Under the pieces are notes generated by a model. It worked only from the letters and a program-made list of their open reading frames with translations. It ran no database searches and was not told the origin of the DNA. DNA of 64,000 nucleotides, taken from NCBI GenBank assembly GCA_023205875.1, contig CP060773.1:124001-188000 (forward strand), written 5' to 3'. This document shows, piece after piece, positions 42,246 through 54,515 of this stretch; positions within the stretch are counted from its first letter, which is position 1; every line of letters begins with the position of its first letter. This DNA is from Chloropicon primus (taxonomy: Eukaryota). The translations under genes and the position numbers were made by a program.

Positions 42246-42304
42246 GGAATCCAAGGTTTGACCGCGATCGATTTTCGTATTTTTTTCAAAATCGATCGGG
42301 GAGG

Positions 42305-42311
42305 TATATAA
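42305..42311 (+). promoter_or_regulatory. TATA box of alpha-tubulin
   Basis: TATATAA about 150 nt upstream of the ATG. Confidence 0.5.
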
Positions 42312-42438
42312 GCGGTGGGGTCAACACAAACGACGTCAGTGTTCTCGCGTCCTTACTCGCGTTTACTCGAACGAAAGGTCTACAAAAAAGTTCTTTGCTT
42401 TGCTTTAAAAGCCTTCTCAATCTTTTACTTGAAGATAA

Positions 42439-43907
<1,469 letters not shown>

Positions 43908-44105
43908 ATTAGTACTAGTCTCTCATCACTCAGATGACCTCGGAGGGTCCTTCAAGTGCCCTTCCCCTTTAAGAGGTTTCTTTGTTAACTTATTGTTGAT
44001 TGAAAAATGTAATGGTGAATTAGCTTTATTCCTCTTAATAAGCCAAGGTGGTGTCTGTCCATTTTTTTGTTTGTTTGTGTGTGGCCTCTCCTTCCCACCG
44101 CCGCG

Positions 44106-47044
44106 TCACTCGAGCGTGGACCGCACGCTGTGCGGGGTCCTCGCTCTCGTTGCCGCCGTCGTCGTCGTATTGCCTTTGTCCCCACACCGTCCACAGGTGG
44201 CAGCGCAGTAGTCCCCCTCGATCAGCCACGTCTCGTTGCACTTGCCCCACCTGTGCTGTTCCTTGCAGGTGTGCTCTCCGGGAGGGGACCTGTCGTATCT
44301 CGGATCGCAAGCACCCTCCGGTGCGGGCTGCTTGGGCTTGCCACACTCATTGAGCATGTACTGGATTCCCTTCCTGTACTTGTCCTTGGTCACGCCAACG
44401 CCCTTCTGCACCTCAATCATTTTGATTCCAGCCTTGTCTGCATACTTTTCGTTCGATATGGAATCGTCGAAGAAGACAGCACACTCAGGCTTGTCCAGCA
44501 AGTTGTAATGTGCCAAGTTGCACTTGAGGGGGGCAGTCTTCTTCTTCTGGCAGGACTGGAAGGCATTGCTCTCCAGGAACTCTGGGGTGAAGATAGTTGG
44601 AGCCATCTCTCCCAAGAATTTCTTCACGTAGTCGGTGTGACAGCTCGCGGTAGCGATGGCGATGCCGTAGCCGAGCCTGACGGTCTCCTCCACGGCCCAC
44701 AGCCCCTCCGGAGCTTGCCTTGCCGGGTGATGCAGCTTCAAGGTGTCATCGAAATCAAAGATGACTACGTTGGAGGTGTTCGCCCCGCTCGACAGGACTT
44801 GATTGGCGTTACAAAGCAGCTCCGGGGCCTTCAGCCTCTTGCAGTCGGGGCACGAGCACGTAGTGTGGGTGCACCGCCCGCAAGCGCCCATGCAGTACTT
44901 TCCGGAAACGAGCCAATCCTCCTCGCACTTTCCCCAAGCGGCTTGATCCTCGCAGGAGAAGCTCAAGCTCGCGTTCGCGTGGACGGGCACGCGATCGGGT
45001 CCCCCGCAGATCGGAATGGAAGCGTTCTTCTCCGTCCCCCATCCGTTCGGGATGATGTCGCAAACGAGGGGCTCCTCGGGCTCCCTGGCAGCAATGGTCT
45101 CGATCTGATCCGCAATGCTGTCCAAGATCCCCTCGACCTCCTTGACCTCCTCCCTCACCACGTCCATGCCGCCTTGGCTCACACCCTCCGCGGCGTTCTC
45201 CTCCGAGAACTCCTGGCGAACCTTCCTGATGTTGTCGAGGAGGGTGGTGGATTGGTTGGCGGACCTGACCTCAAGGGCGGGGTCCAGCCTCCTCGAGAAG
45301 AGGTTGGGCTGGGCGCAGTCCATGACAAGAACTTTCTGGCAACCATCGTGCCTGTTCTCCTCCGGCATCTGCCACAGCCTCTCCCCGTTGTGGCTGTACG
45401 CGATTGCCTCGGCACCCCAACCGTTACTGTACGTCAGCACGGGCCTCGGGGTGATCTCCTGCATGCCTGAGATGTCAAAGGGCCTCCCTTCCTCGAACTC
45501 GTACACGAAGGGCCCCTTGTAGGTCTGCAACGTCAGGGACTTGCCCTCGGGGTGGACGTCAGCTCCAGTGATGCTGAAGAGGTGGTCCTCGTCGTAAGAG
45601 ACGCAATCGGTTCCGGCGGCGATGCAAGGGGGCTGAATGAACGCAATGGAGAAGAGGTCCAGCTTGAGGTAGCGCTTGTTCCACTTTGGCTGCTTCACCA
45701 CATCGAAGAGGATGTCGCTCTCGTACACGTTGGCCCCCCTCACCTCCTCGTTCTTCTCGAAGAGCCAAAACCTGCTGCCGTCGGGAGCGACGGCGAGGGC
45801 CTCCGAATCCTTCTCCTTCCCTCCAGGGTACTTGAATGCAAACACCCACAGGGACTCCGCTCCCTCGGGTTGGGTCTTCAGCACGTCCTTCTCAAAGTCC
45901 ACCCTCTCCATGTTCGTCTCGTCGGACTTGCACTTGTGGTGCTGGCACCTGTCGCCGCCCATGCCCGGCTGGCAGATCCCGGCCCGGTTCCTCTTGTCCA
46001 CCTGGTTGGGCGTGAAGTACTCGGTGCTGATCCTCTTGCCCGGGTCGGCTCTCACGTGGGTCTGGGTCACCATGAAACGCAAACGAAAACGATTGAAAAC
46101 AATGAATAAGTCAGCAAGAGAGGAGTCGGAGGAGAGGAGGATTTGGGCTGACTTACGATCTCGGGCTCCACCATGGCGATGACCTGGGAGTACCCCCTGT
46201 TGAACTTGTTGTTCCCCGTGTCGGAGATCCACAGGCACTGCCTCTTGGACCCGTCCGGGCACTGGGCGGTTGACATGTCCTCCCAATCCACCCTGCCGCT
46301 CTTGGGATTCTTGTTGACCCAGTGCGGGAGCTCCACCTCCAACACCGGCTGCCCCTGAAGGGCAAACTCGTCGCCAATCTTGTGGTCACCCTCCTTGGCA
46401 ATCGTGTCACTCAGGAAGCCGAGGACCTTGGTCGTCCACCCGTCCACGTGGGTCCACAGCACGTGCCTGTTGAGCCTGCTCGCCGCCAGGCCGCTGGCTT
46501 CCTTGGCCCGGTTCGTCCTAATCCTCCACTCGTACGTTATGTGTCCGCCGCACGAGGACGACCCGACATCCGGCATGCCGGAGGAGGAGGACGATGACGA
46601 CAAGGTGGACAATGTGGAGAAGGAGGACAAGTCCACCGGGATCCTTTCTTCGCACCTGCCGCACATCTCCGCGCAGTAGTCCCCCTCGATGAGCCAAGTC
46701 TCGTTGCACTTGCCCCAATCCACCTGGTCCTTGCATGTGTACTCCGCGGGCTCCTTGTCCCTCGAACCGCGGCACAGAGGCAGCAAGGAAGAAGAGGAGC
46801 GGAAGGAGGAAGCCAGCGTTGTGGCCTCCACCTCCATCTCGATGGAGGAGGTCACATCCGCATCCGCATCATCATGTCGAGGTGGACTCGTTTGCCTCTG
46901 CCACGGTCGCATCATGGTGAACGCCTCCGTGCCGCCCAGAACACACATCATGACGAGGCCGAGGAGGAGAACCCAAGAGGTCGCTGCGACGATACCGGAA
47001 GACCTGGACCTGAAGGAGGTCATCCTTGCTCTGATGATCGGCAT
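44106..47044 (-). CDS. Secreted multidomain protein: Cys-rich WGKC repeats, beta-propeller-like domain and HAD-like phosphatase; intron 46156-46062
   Basis: Signal-like WVLLLGLVMMCVLGGTEA; three CxxQxxWGKCxExWLxxGxYCxxxCGRC modules; EASGLAAS/DWEDM/ISDTGNN/DSEALAV/ITGADV blades; IFDFDDTL and VFFDD HAD motifs. A phase-0 intron joins the two ORFs. Confidence 0.8.
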
Positions 47045-47643
47045 CAGTCAGTCTCCTCAAGTCTGCAGCTCGTCACACTGACAGGGAGATCGCCGGAAAC
47101 GGAAAGAAAGACAGAAACCGACTTGAACGCTCCTCCGCAAAGGCAACTGGAGGAAAGAGAAAGGGAAAGGGAGATGGACGGCGGTTGTGCTCCCCTGTCG
47201 ATGATGATGCGCGCCCCCCTCCTTTTCACAATGGAGAGTGCCTGTCTGTCTCTCAAGCCGGGCGTCAATTCAATTCTCGGTGATCCTCTCTCGGACATTG
47301 AGATTAATCGGGGGCAGTGATCCCATAGACAACATTGTGCAGAGAATTAGGAGGGAGACGGTGAACGAATGACCTCCGCCGCCCACTCCGTCACTCTCCC
47401 CCCCTCCTTCTCCTCTCTCTCTCTCCCTCTCTTTCTCCGGGCGGGCAGGGCACCTCGTTGTCGTCGTCGTCGTCATGTGATGCGAGCCGCGGAAGGACGT
47501 GAAGACACACTCTCACACTTCTCACACACAGAGAGAGAAAGAGAGAGAGGGAGGGAGAGAGGAGTTAGACAAATGCGCCCCTCCCTCCCTGCTTCTCCCA
47601 CTCCCCACCACCTAACCACTATCCTCGGCTCCTCCATCATCCT

Positions 47644-48381
47644 CTACTCCACCCTCTCGATCGCGATGTTCGACTGCAGAGGCGGGAACCGGAAGACCGC
47701 CCGCCCGCCCTCGTCGTCGTAGGCGAGGACGGGGAAGAGGGAAAAGGCTGGGAGGAACCCCACGTTGCCCACCGCGTTCACGAAGCGATCCACGAATTTT
47801 TTCTCCCCGTCCCCCGAGTAGTAGGATTCCCTCAGGCCGACGCCGTCCGCCTCCTCCTCCGCGTCCCACCAGAACGTGTCGAAGCTCACGCGAAGGGTCC
47901 TCTCGTCCTCCGCTGTCACCCTCCCCGAGGCCGAGAGCCAGCCGGAGCCCAGAATGTTGCTCGAGTACCTCACGTGGGACGAAAAGGCGCCCTCCTCGTC
48001 GTGGAGCTTGTACCTTATTGGCGCGAACTCCGTCTTGAGAACTTTGGACATCGCCTCGATGTGCTCCGCCCGGACAACTTCCCAAGTTGTTCCGAACGAC
48101 TTGAGGGCCTCCACCGCTGTCTCCGTGGTCGAGTAGCCGCTGCCAACAAAGGCTTCCACGTCGAAGGACGCCTCCCCTCCTTCCCTTCCCAGCCCCGTGA
48201 CGACTTGCTGCCTCCGCCTCGCTCGAGGACCGGCGCAACCGTCGCCGCCTCTGGCCCCTGGGTTCCTTTGCCAGCAGAGGGACTCCCGAAACCGAGGCCT
48301 TCCTCCTCCGGCACGCCTTCCCGGTTCGCACCTCGTCACGGGGCTGGACACCTCCAGTGGCCTCTCCCTGGCCCACCTCAT
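47644..48381 (-). CDS. Uncharacterised protein, possibly PAP-fibrillin/lipocalin-like
   Basis: Coding-like GC3 bias and a beta-strand pattern (GTTWEV; GWLSASGRV; VSFDTFW; FPVLAYD..VFRFPPL). The family call is tentative and the start uncertain. Confidence 0.5.
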   Translation of the reverse strand: MRWARERPLEVSSPVTRCEPGRRAGGGRPRFRESLCWQRNPGARGGDGCAGPRARRRQQVVTGLGREGGEASFDVEAFVGSGYSTTETAVEALKSFGTTWEVVRAEHIEAMSKVLKTEFAPIRYKLHDEEGAFSSHVRYSSNILGSGWLSASGRVTAEDERTLRVSFDTFWWDAEEEADGVGLRESYYSGDGEKKFVDRFVNAVGNVGFLPAFSLFPVLAYDDEGGRAVFRFPPLQSNIAIERVE

Positions 48382-49127
48382 CCCACCTGCTTGAAAAAAA
48401 ACGTTTCACTCTTCAATCGAAGCGTTACAAGGGTCATGTGGGTACTCCACCGAATGCTCGCGAGTTCACGCTTCGTTCAGTGCGGTCTTCTTCCCCTCTA
48501 ATGGCTGTCACGTTCTTCACCGTCCTCGACAAGACTAGGCATTCGGGTGGTTTCTGCTTCACATCCAGTCCTCCCAGTCAATCCCTCGACCCATCCGAGC
48601 ACCAAACGAGTCGAGCGAGGGCTCGTTGGAACGATCTCGACGTCTAGTTTCGTCCAGTCCCCTCCTCTTTCTCTCCTTCTCCTCAATGCGTTTTCAATCG
48701 TCGAAGAACTCGCCCCGAGTCGTCCACCCAGAAGCAGGAAGTTGATTTTGTTTTTTCTTGTGGGGTGGCGTCAACCCAAGTGAAGGAGGTATCGATAGAA
48801 TCGGCTCGTTTTCAGGACGAAGGCGAGGTCGCGTTGCGAAGGAGAGAGTGTCATCGTAATCCTCGTATCTTTCTCTTTCGAACGAGCCCTCACTCGACCC
48901 ATTTGGTGTTCGGATTGGTCGAGGGATCGACTGGGTGGACAGAAAACCATTAGCGTCAGTGCTGGATCCCCAACCCATCCCTTCGAGGAGAAAGTTGTCG
49001 TCTATAACGTCGAGGGAAGCGGTCGATTGCGGGATTATCAGAAAGAGGATCTCTTTCTCTTTCGAACGAGCACTCACTTGACCCATCTGTCGTGACGGAA
49101 GGATAAGATCGCGAGGACCGGAACAAG

Positions 49128-50066
49128 ATGGCACCTTTGGCATCCCAGAAAGCTTTGAGCTCCTGTCTGGATCGTTGCGAGAACGCAGGTGATGGGAAGC
49201 TTCCTCCCTGCGAGGACGTGATGGAGCTTCTGAGACTTTGCCGTGACGGTCGAGTGAGGATGAGCGAGCAAGTAGCAAAGCATGGAAAGAGTTTGATCCA
49301 AAACAGCAAGAGGAACAGGCAACTGAGTGAGGAGGAGAACTGGTTGGTGCATGAGCAGGTGTGTTACGCATTGCTGGACACGGGAGACATCGATGAGGCC
49401 AAGGAGATTGTTGAAAAGCTTTCACTTAGGTTTCCAAAGAGTTTGAGAGTGTTCCTGTTGCAAGGTGCGTTGTGTGAGTGTTGTGAGGATTATGGCAAGG
49501 CTCAGGAGGTCTACGAGAGGATCTTGCAGGAGAACGAGGCCCACCAGGGTGCGATGAAGCGGCAGTGCTGTGTGGCCAAAGCTCAGGGAGACACCGAGAA
49601 AGCGATTGGAATGCTGAAGAAGTATTTGGACGTCTTCATGACGGATGTGGAGGCGTGGGAGGAGCTCGCTTCCCTTTACCTTTCGATGCAGATGACCAAA
49701 CAGGCGGCGTTCTGCTACGAGGAAGCGATACTGATACAGCCACAGAACCCGACGAACCACCTCAAGTACGCGGACCTTCTTTACGTCTTGTCGAATGCGT
49801 CCACGCTGCACCTCCTGCATCAAGCGATTGGGTACTACAGCGTCGTCTTGGACTTGACCAACGGAACGAGCGTCCACGCCAAGTACGGTGTCCTTTCCTG
49901 CTGCGACGCCATAAAGTCCCAGGGTCGCGGGGCCAGCGCCAAGCTGACGGAGGACGAGGAGAAGCTGCTGAGCAAGGTGTCGAGGGAGCTGACCACGTCC
50001 TACGAGGAGAGGAGCCCACAACTCGCGGTCCACCTGAAAGCCACCGGCATAACAACCACCACCTAA
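49128..50066 (+). CDS. EMC2: ER membrane protein complex subunit 2 (TPR)
   Basis: WLVHEQVCYALLD, RFPKSLRV and YLDVFMTDVEAWEELASLYLS..QAAFCYEE..QPQNP motifs. Confidence 0.9.
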   Translation: MAPLASQKALSSCLDRCENAGDGKLPPCEDVMELLRLCRDGRVRMSEQVAKHGKSLIQNSKRNRQLSEEENWLVHEQVCYALLDTGDIDEAKEIVEKLSLRFPKSLRVFLLQGALCECCEDYGKAQEVYERILQENEAHQGAMKRQCCVAKAQGDTEKAIGMLKKYLDVFMTDVEAWEELASLYLSMQMTKQAAFCYEEAILIQPQNPTNHLKYADLLYVLSNASTLHLLHQAIGYYSVVLDLTNGTSVHAKYGVLSCCDAIKSQGRGASAKLTEDEEKLLSKVSRELTTSYEERSPQLAVHLKATGITTTT

Positions 50067-51317
50067 CACGACCAGAACTAGAACTGTAAACTACTACTTC
50101 TTTTCGGAATGGATGGCTTGGCAGCAGCAGTGGCTCAGGACAGAGGGAGAGAGCTTGGGGGCGAGGAGTCACTGGATCGAGGGATCCAATCCCTTCCGTG
50201 GCTTCCTCCCCACCGCCTCCTCCCTGCCATCCAAGTCATGAAGCACACAACCCAGTGGATGATGGGTTCTCTCGATGAGAAGAAAACACTTTCCAGAGCG
50301 CTATTCCCTGCAAGTGAGAGCTCTTTGGAAAGCCCAAGGAGAGAGTCATCGGTATCAATCCCTTCCACACTCCCTCTCCTCCTCCTCTCGGCATCCTCAT
50401 CGGTTCTCCATCCTCCATTCTGTTCATCCTCGGTTCATTCTGTTTTTTTTTCATTTTTCAATATTTGTACAATATTGAAGAAACCTAGGAGGTCGAGGAG
50501 TTGCGAGAGCACTTGACTTGGCGAGGTTCTAGGCGCGCTCTTGGTCCGAGGCAAGGGAAGGGGAAGGCATATCGGGACTCTACATCTCGAGAGCTTTCCA
50601 ACGACCGCTTACACGACCGATTTGACGTCCTGCGCGAGCGGCGAGGTACGTGATGGAGCATGAGGCTGGTGGGATACCAAGCTTTTTGTCCGAGAGAGAG
50701 GAAGAAAAAAGTGTGTTGATGTTCGTGCTGACCCTTCGAATTGTCGTCTCGATGGTTGTCGTGATCTTGTTCCGTCCATCGGTTACGGCCACGCCCCCGT
50801 CCGTGAAAGGTCGAGCGTTACAGTCGGTTTTGTTTGGCCTTTTCACCTCCTTCCTCCGAGGACGAAATCCACAACAGAGTGGCAGAGACCAACGCTGAGG
50901 TGAGTCTGTCACGAATTCTCGCGAGATTTCGGCTCTGAAGCCGCCACCCGAAGGGCCAGGTTGATTCCTTTCGTCTTCCTCTTTCGTTTGACCCCTCACT
51001 CGGTACGAGTGACAGGACCCCTCTCAACAACTGATGGAGTCCGTGTGGATTGTTCACATCGATTGCGTTGGTGAACACCGAAAGGAATTCGCGTCGCGAG
51101 AGATGTGGCCTCCTGGCTGATCCCTCGGTCGGAAAGGTCGACGACTCGCCTCTTCCTCTTTCGTTTGACCCGTCACACACGAATGGGCTCCATTTCCTGC
51201 GCGGCCGTCGGCGTCGGTGGGTCACACACACACACACACACAGAACACTGAAAGGGTTTTCGTCCTCCTCGCGATTGGTTACTCGACAACTTACAGAACT
51301 GAAGGGGCTTGATTGAT

Positions 51318-52190
51318 ATGAGTAAGCGAGGAGCAGAAGAAGCGGTGGCGGACGCCTTCCTCGATGTGGGATCGATGGATGACACAGGTGTGGATGTGGG
51401 TGTGGGTGCGCACGGTATGGGCGTCCACCCCTCGACTCCGCATGACGGGTCCGACCACAAGAAGCAGCGGACTTGGGAGAGGCACAGGTGGTCCTACCAG
51501 CACGACGAGGCTTTGTTCGACATGGTCATCAAGCACGAGGCTTGGAGCAAGAAGTTTGGAGGCATCATGAAGAGTTGGAAGTCAGTTGCGGACGAGTTGA
51601 TGGAGTCGTCGGAGTTCTTCAGACCTTGGGGCAACCTCAAGACGGACATGCTGAGAAGGAGGTTCGAGAAGATTTACTACCAGCATCTCACGGACTTGAA
51701 GAAGAAGGGCGTGGCCCTGGACGCCCTCGACGGGGCAGACATGTCGGATCTGGAAAAGAAGTGTTTGCAGATCAAGGGGATGCAAGAGTCTGTCGGCACG
51801 GACGTGGACATGCACATGAAGAACAGGAGCCAGCCGCATACATCACCAGGAGGCTTAAGCCACTACGGGACGCCAAACTCCGGCATGAAGCAGAAGTCTG
51901 CGAAGCAGAGGGAGGAAGAGCTGGACCAGATCAAGGACACGGTCACGAAGTTCTTGGACAAGTCGTTGGGAGCCACCGGCCAAATGGGCAACGAATACTT
52001 GACGGGCTCTGTGGAGATGATAGCAAACTTGGCGGATTCAATAGAATCGCTCCAGGAGAAAGACGTCGGCATGGACGACACGGTAAAACGTTTGGTAACG
52101 GAGCAGCTCAGTGTGACCAAGCATCTGATCAAGCAAAACGATCTTCTTTTGGGGCTGCTGGCAAAGGTGATATCCAAGTCGCTTCTATAA
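51318..52190 (+). CDS. Uncharacterised protein with Myb/SANT-like domain and C-terminal coiled coil
   Basis: RWSYQHDEAL..WKSVADEL..MLRRRFEKI spacing resembles a Myb/SANT-like helix-turn-helix; strong codon bias. Confidence 0.6.
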   Translation: MSKRGAEEAVADAFLDVGSMDDTGVDVGVGAHGMGVHPSTPHDGSDHKKQRTWERHRWSYQHDEALFDMVIKHEAWSKKFGGIMKSWKSVADELMESSEFFRPWGNLKTDMLRRRFEKIYYQHLTDLKKKGVALDALDGADMSDLEKKCLQIKGMQESVGTDVDMHMKNRSQPHTSPGGLSHYGTPNSGMKQKSAKQREEELDQIKDTVTKFLDKSLGATGQMGNEYLTGSVEMIANLADSIESLQEKDVGMDDTVKRLVTEQLSVTKHLIKQNDLLLGLLAKVISKSLL

Positions 52191-52278
52191 AGGAGTTGGA
52201 GGAGTTTTTCCTACTATAACTTTTCTTTTCTCTCGCGGTTAATCAAGATCATTTTACTTGTCGTGCGTGCCCTGCTCC

Positions 52279-53932
52279 TTACTTCTTCTTCTTCGAAGAA
52301 GAAGAAGCGTGCGTGCGGTTGAGATGGCTCAAAATTTTGTCGTAAACGTACAAGTACGCGTCGTTTGCGATGGTGAAGTCAAGGTGGTCATAGTCAATCT
52401 TCTTGTAGACGTAAGGCATCTTGCTCGTGTCGTTGGCGGTCGCCTGCTGCATCAAATCTATCAAATGATTGACGTCCGTTGGGTTGGCCAAGGTGTCGTA
52501 CCCGCCGACGAAGAAAAGAGTCTCCGCTGGCAACGCGATCTTGGCCAAGTCGTACTTTGGGGGAGTCGTTTGGTTGTAGTGCTTCATGTTCGCATCGGGG
52601 GTGAGGTAATCGAACATCGAGAAGGTTCCTTCTCTGATGCCTTGAGACCAATGGACGACGTTCTTCACCGACGTTCCCGCTGGGTTGATGCGCATGTAGT
52701 TCGCCATCGCGGTGGAGTTCTTATGCATCAAGGTGCAGCCCGCGATGATGTTCAACAAGTCGTTGCTGAACGGTGATGGAAGGAGAGGGAGAAAGAGAAA
52801 GAGAAAGAGAGAGGGGGGGGGGGGGAGAGAGGGAGAGGTCACGTCAGCGCCAGGGTCCGAAAAGAACAAGGCAAAGCGAAGGAAGTCCAGCGAGGAGTAG
52901 AAGAGAACTTACCAAAACTGTGGATCGATGTCGCAGATTTCTGGATCAATGTAATGCAGAATCCACTCGTCGGGAATCCACTCCTTCACTCCGAACTCTC
53001 GGAGTATCTCCGCCACCGACATATCAGCCAAGTCCTTTATCACTGGCTGCTCGATGTTACCGGTATACGCCACCGGAGCGAGCGCCATGTAGTGAGAGGT
53101 CCTTGGCGTGATGTAAGCAGCAATCTCCGGGGTGGACAAGGCAGCAAACATCATCGTGGTTCCCTGGGAATGGCCGACATACGCGAGGTCCTCGCTTCCC
53201 GTCACTCCAAGGACGTACTTGTAGACCGCAGGTAAGTCATACTTGGCTTGGTCGTCCCAAGAGTAATCCCAGAACTCGGTAGAATCGGGATCATAATGCG
53301 TGTTGTTCCTGGAGAACGTGTTCCCTCTGGAATTCGGCAGCCAAACATCATACCCAGCATCCGCAAGAAGGTAAGCGAGCGATTGGTGTGGAAGGTTCAC
53401 GACCCAACCGAACGATGACCCGAGCAGACCGTGCTGCAAGATCACAACCTTCTTGTCCACACCTTGTTCTTCCTCTTCCACTTTCACATCATCCTTCCCA
53501 TGAGGTATCCTGAACATCCCAAGAACGTATCCATCCTCTGTTGTCGTACTGTGCCACTCCACTGGGTAACCAAACTTCCTGATGAGTCAGTCACGTTGTT
53601 GATGACCAACAGATGGATGAAGATGAAGATGATGAAGATGAAGATGAAGGTGATTAGCATTCAGTTACGCTGACTTTGAGGACTTCGGGAGAACGTTACG
53701 TCCGTTACGATTCATCTCACCTGATGTAATCCTCGTGGTAATCCTTCGGGTCAAACGAAAGAGTTGTTGGCATTGTTGATGCTGATGCTGATGCTGATGC
53801 TGATGAAGAAGAAGAAGTTTCATCCCAAACACGTGTTGGACTTTGTCTCACTCCTTCCGCTGTAGTGATAGATGCCAAGACGGAGACCACCACGATGACA
53901 TGGCACAACACTCCGTAACACCTCGTCGTCAT
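52279..53932 (-). CDS. Acid (gastric/lysosomal-type) triacylglycerol lipase; exons 53932-53721, 53578-52913, 52765-52279
   Basis: TEDGYVLGMFRIP, LQHGLLGSS, DAGYDVWLPNSRGN, YDLPA, GHSQG nucleophile, GYDTLA and YDHLDF triad residues; signal peptide. Both introns keep the frame. Confidence 0.92.
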
Positions 53933-54447
53933 CTCTCTCTCTCTCTCCAGGGAGCACGACCCGAGGTCTCCTATCCCATCCATCGTCAACGCCATCGTCA
54001 TCGTCGTCGTCGTCGTCATGAACGAATACCAAAGTTAGTGACCAAGATGGACCCCTCATTCGAAAGAGCATGAAGAGGAGAATCCATCGGGACTGAATTC
54101 CGGTACCGAGGTGCAGCTTCGTGCTTCATGAAGACGGAAGAAGGTCCAAGACCCTTACCTTGGGTTCGTGTTCTCAAGTTTGTTTGTCTCTCCTTGCTCC
54201 TTGCCCTTGGAGGAGTGTCACACGTGTCACACGTGATGGAGGGAGAGGAAGCCGCAGAGGGAAAGGAAACGATCAAGGAAGACGGTGATGAATAAATGGT
54301 GAGCTCATCGGGCATCCCTCTGTTGGTGTCACTCTCAGTCTCTTCTCTCTGTCTTGTCTGAATTCCTTTCACTCTTCCTGATCATGAACGAAGAGTGGTT
54401 GTGATGGGTTCTTGCATGAATTACAAACAATAGGGAACAAAGTCAAG

Positions 54448-54480
<33 letters not shown>

Positions 54481-54515
54481 ACACAATCCCAATCCTAATG
54501 CTAAAAACGTAAGAA

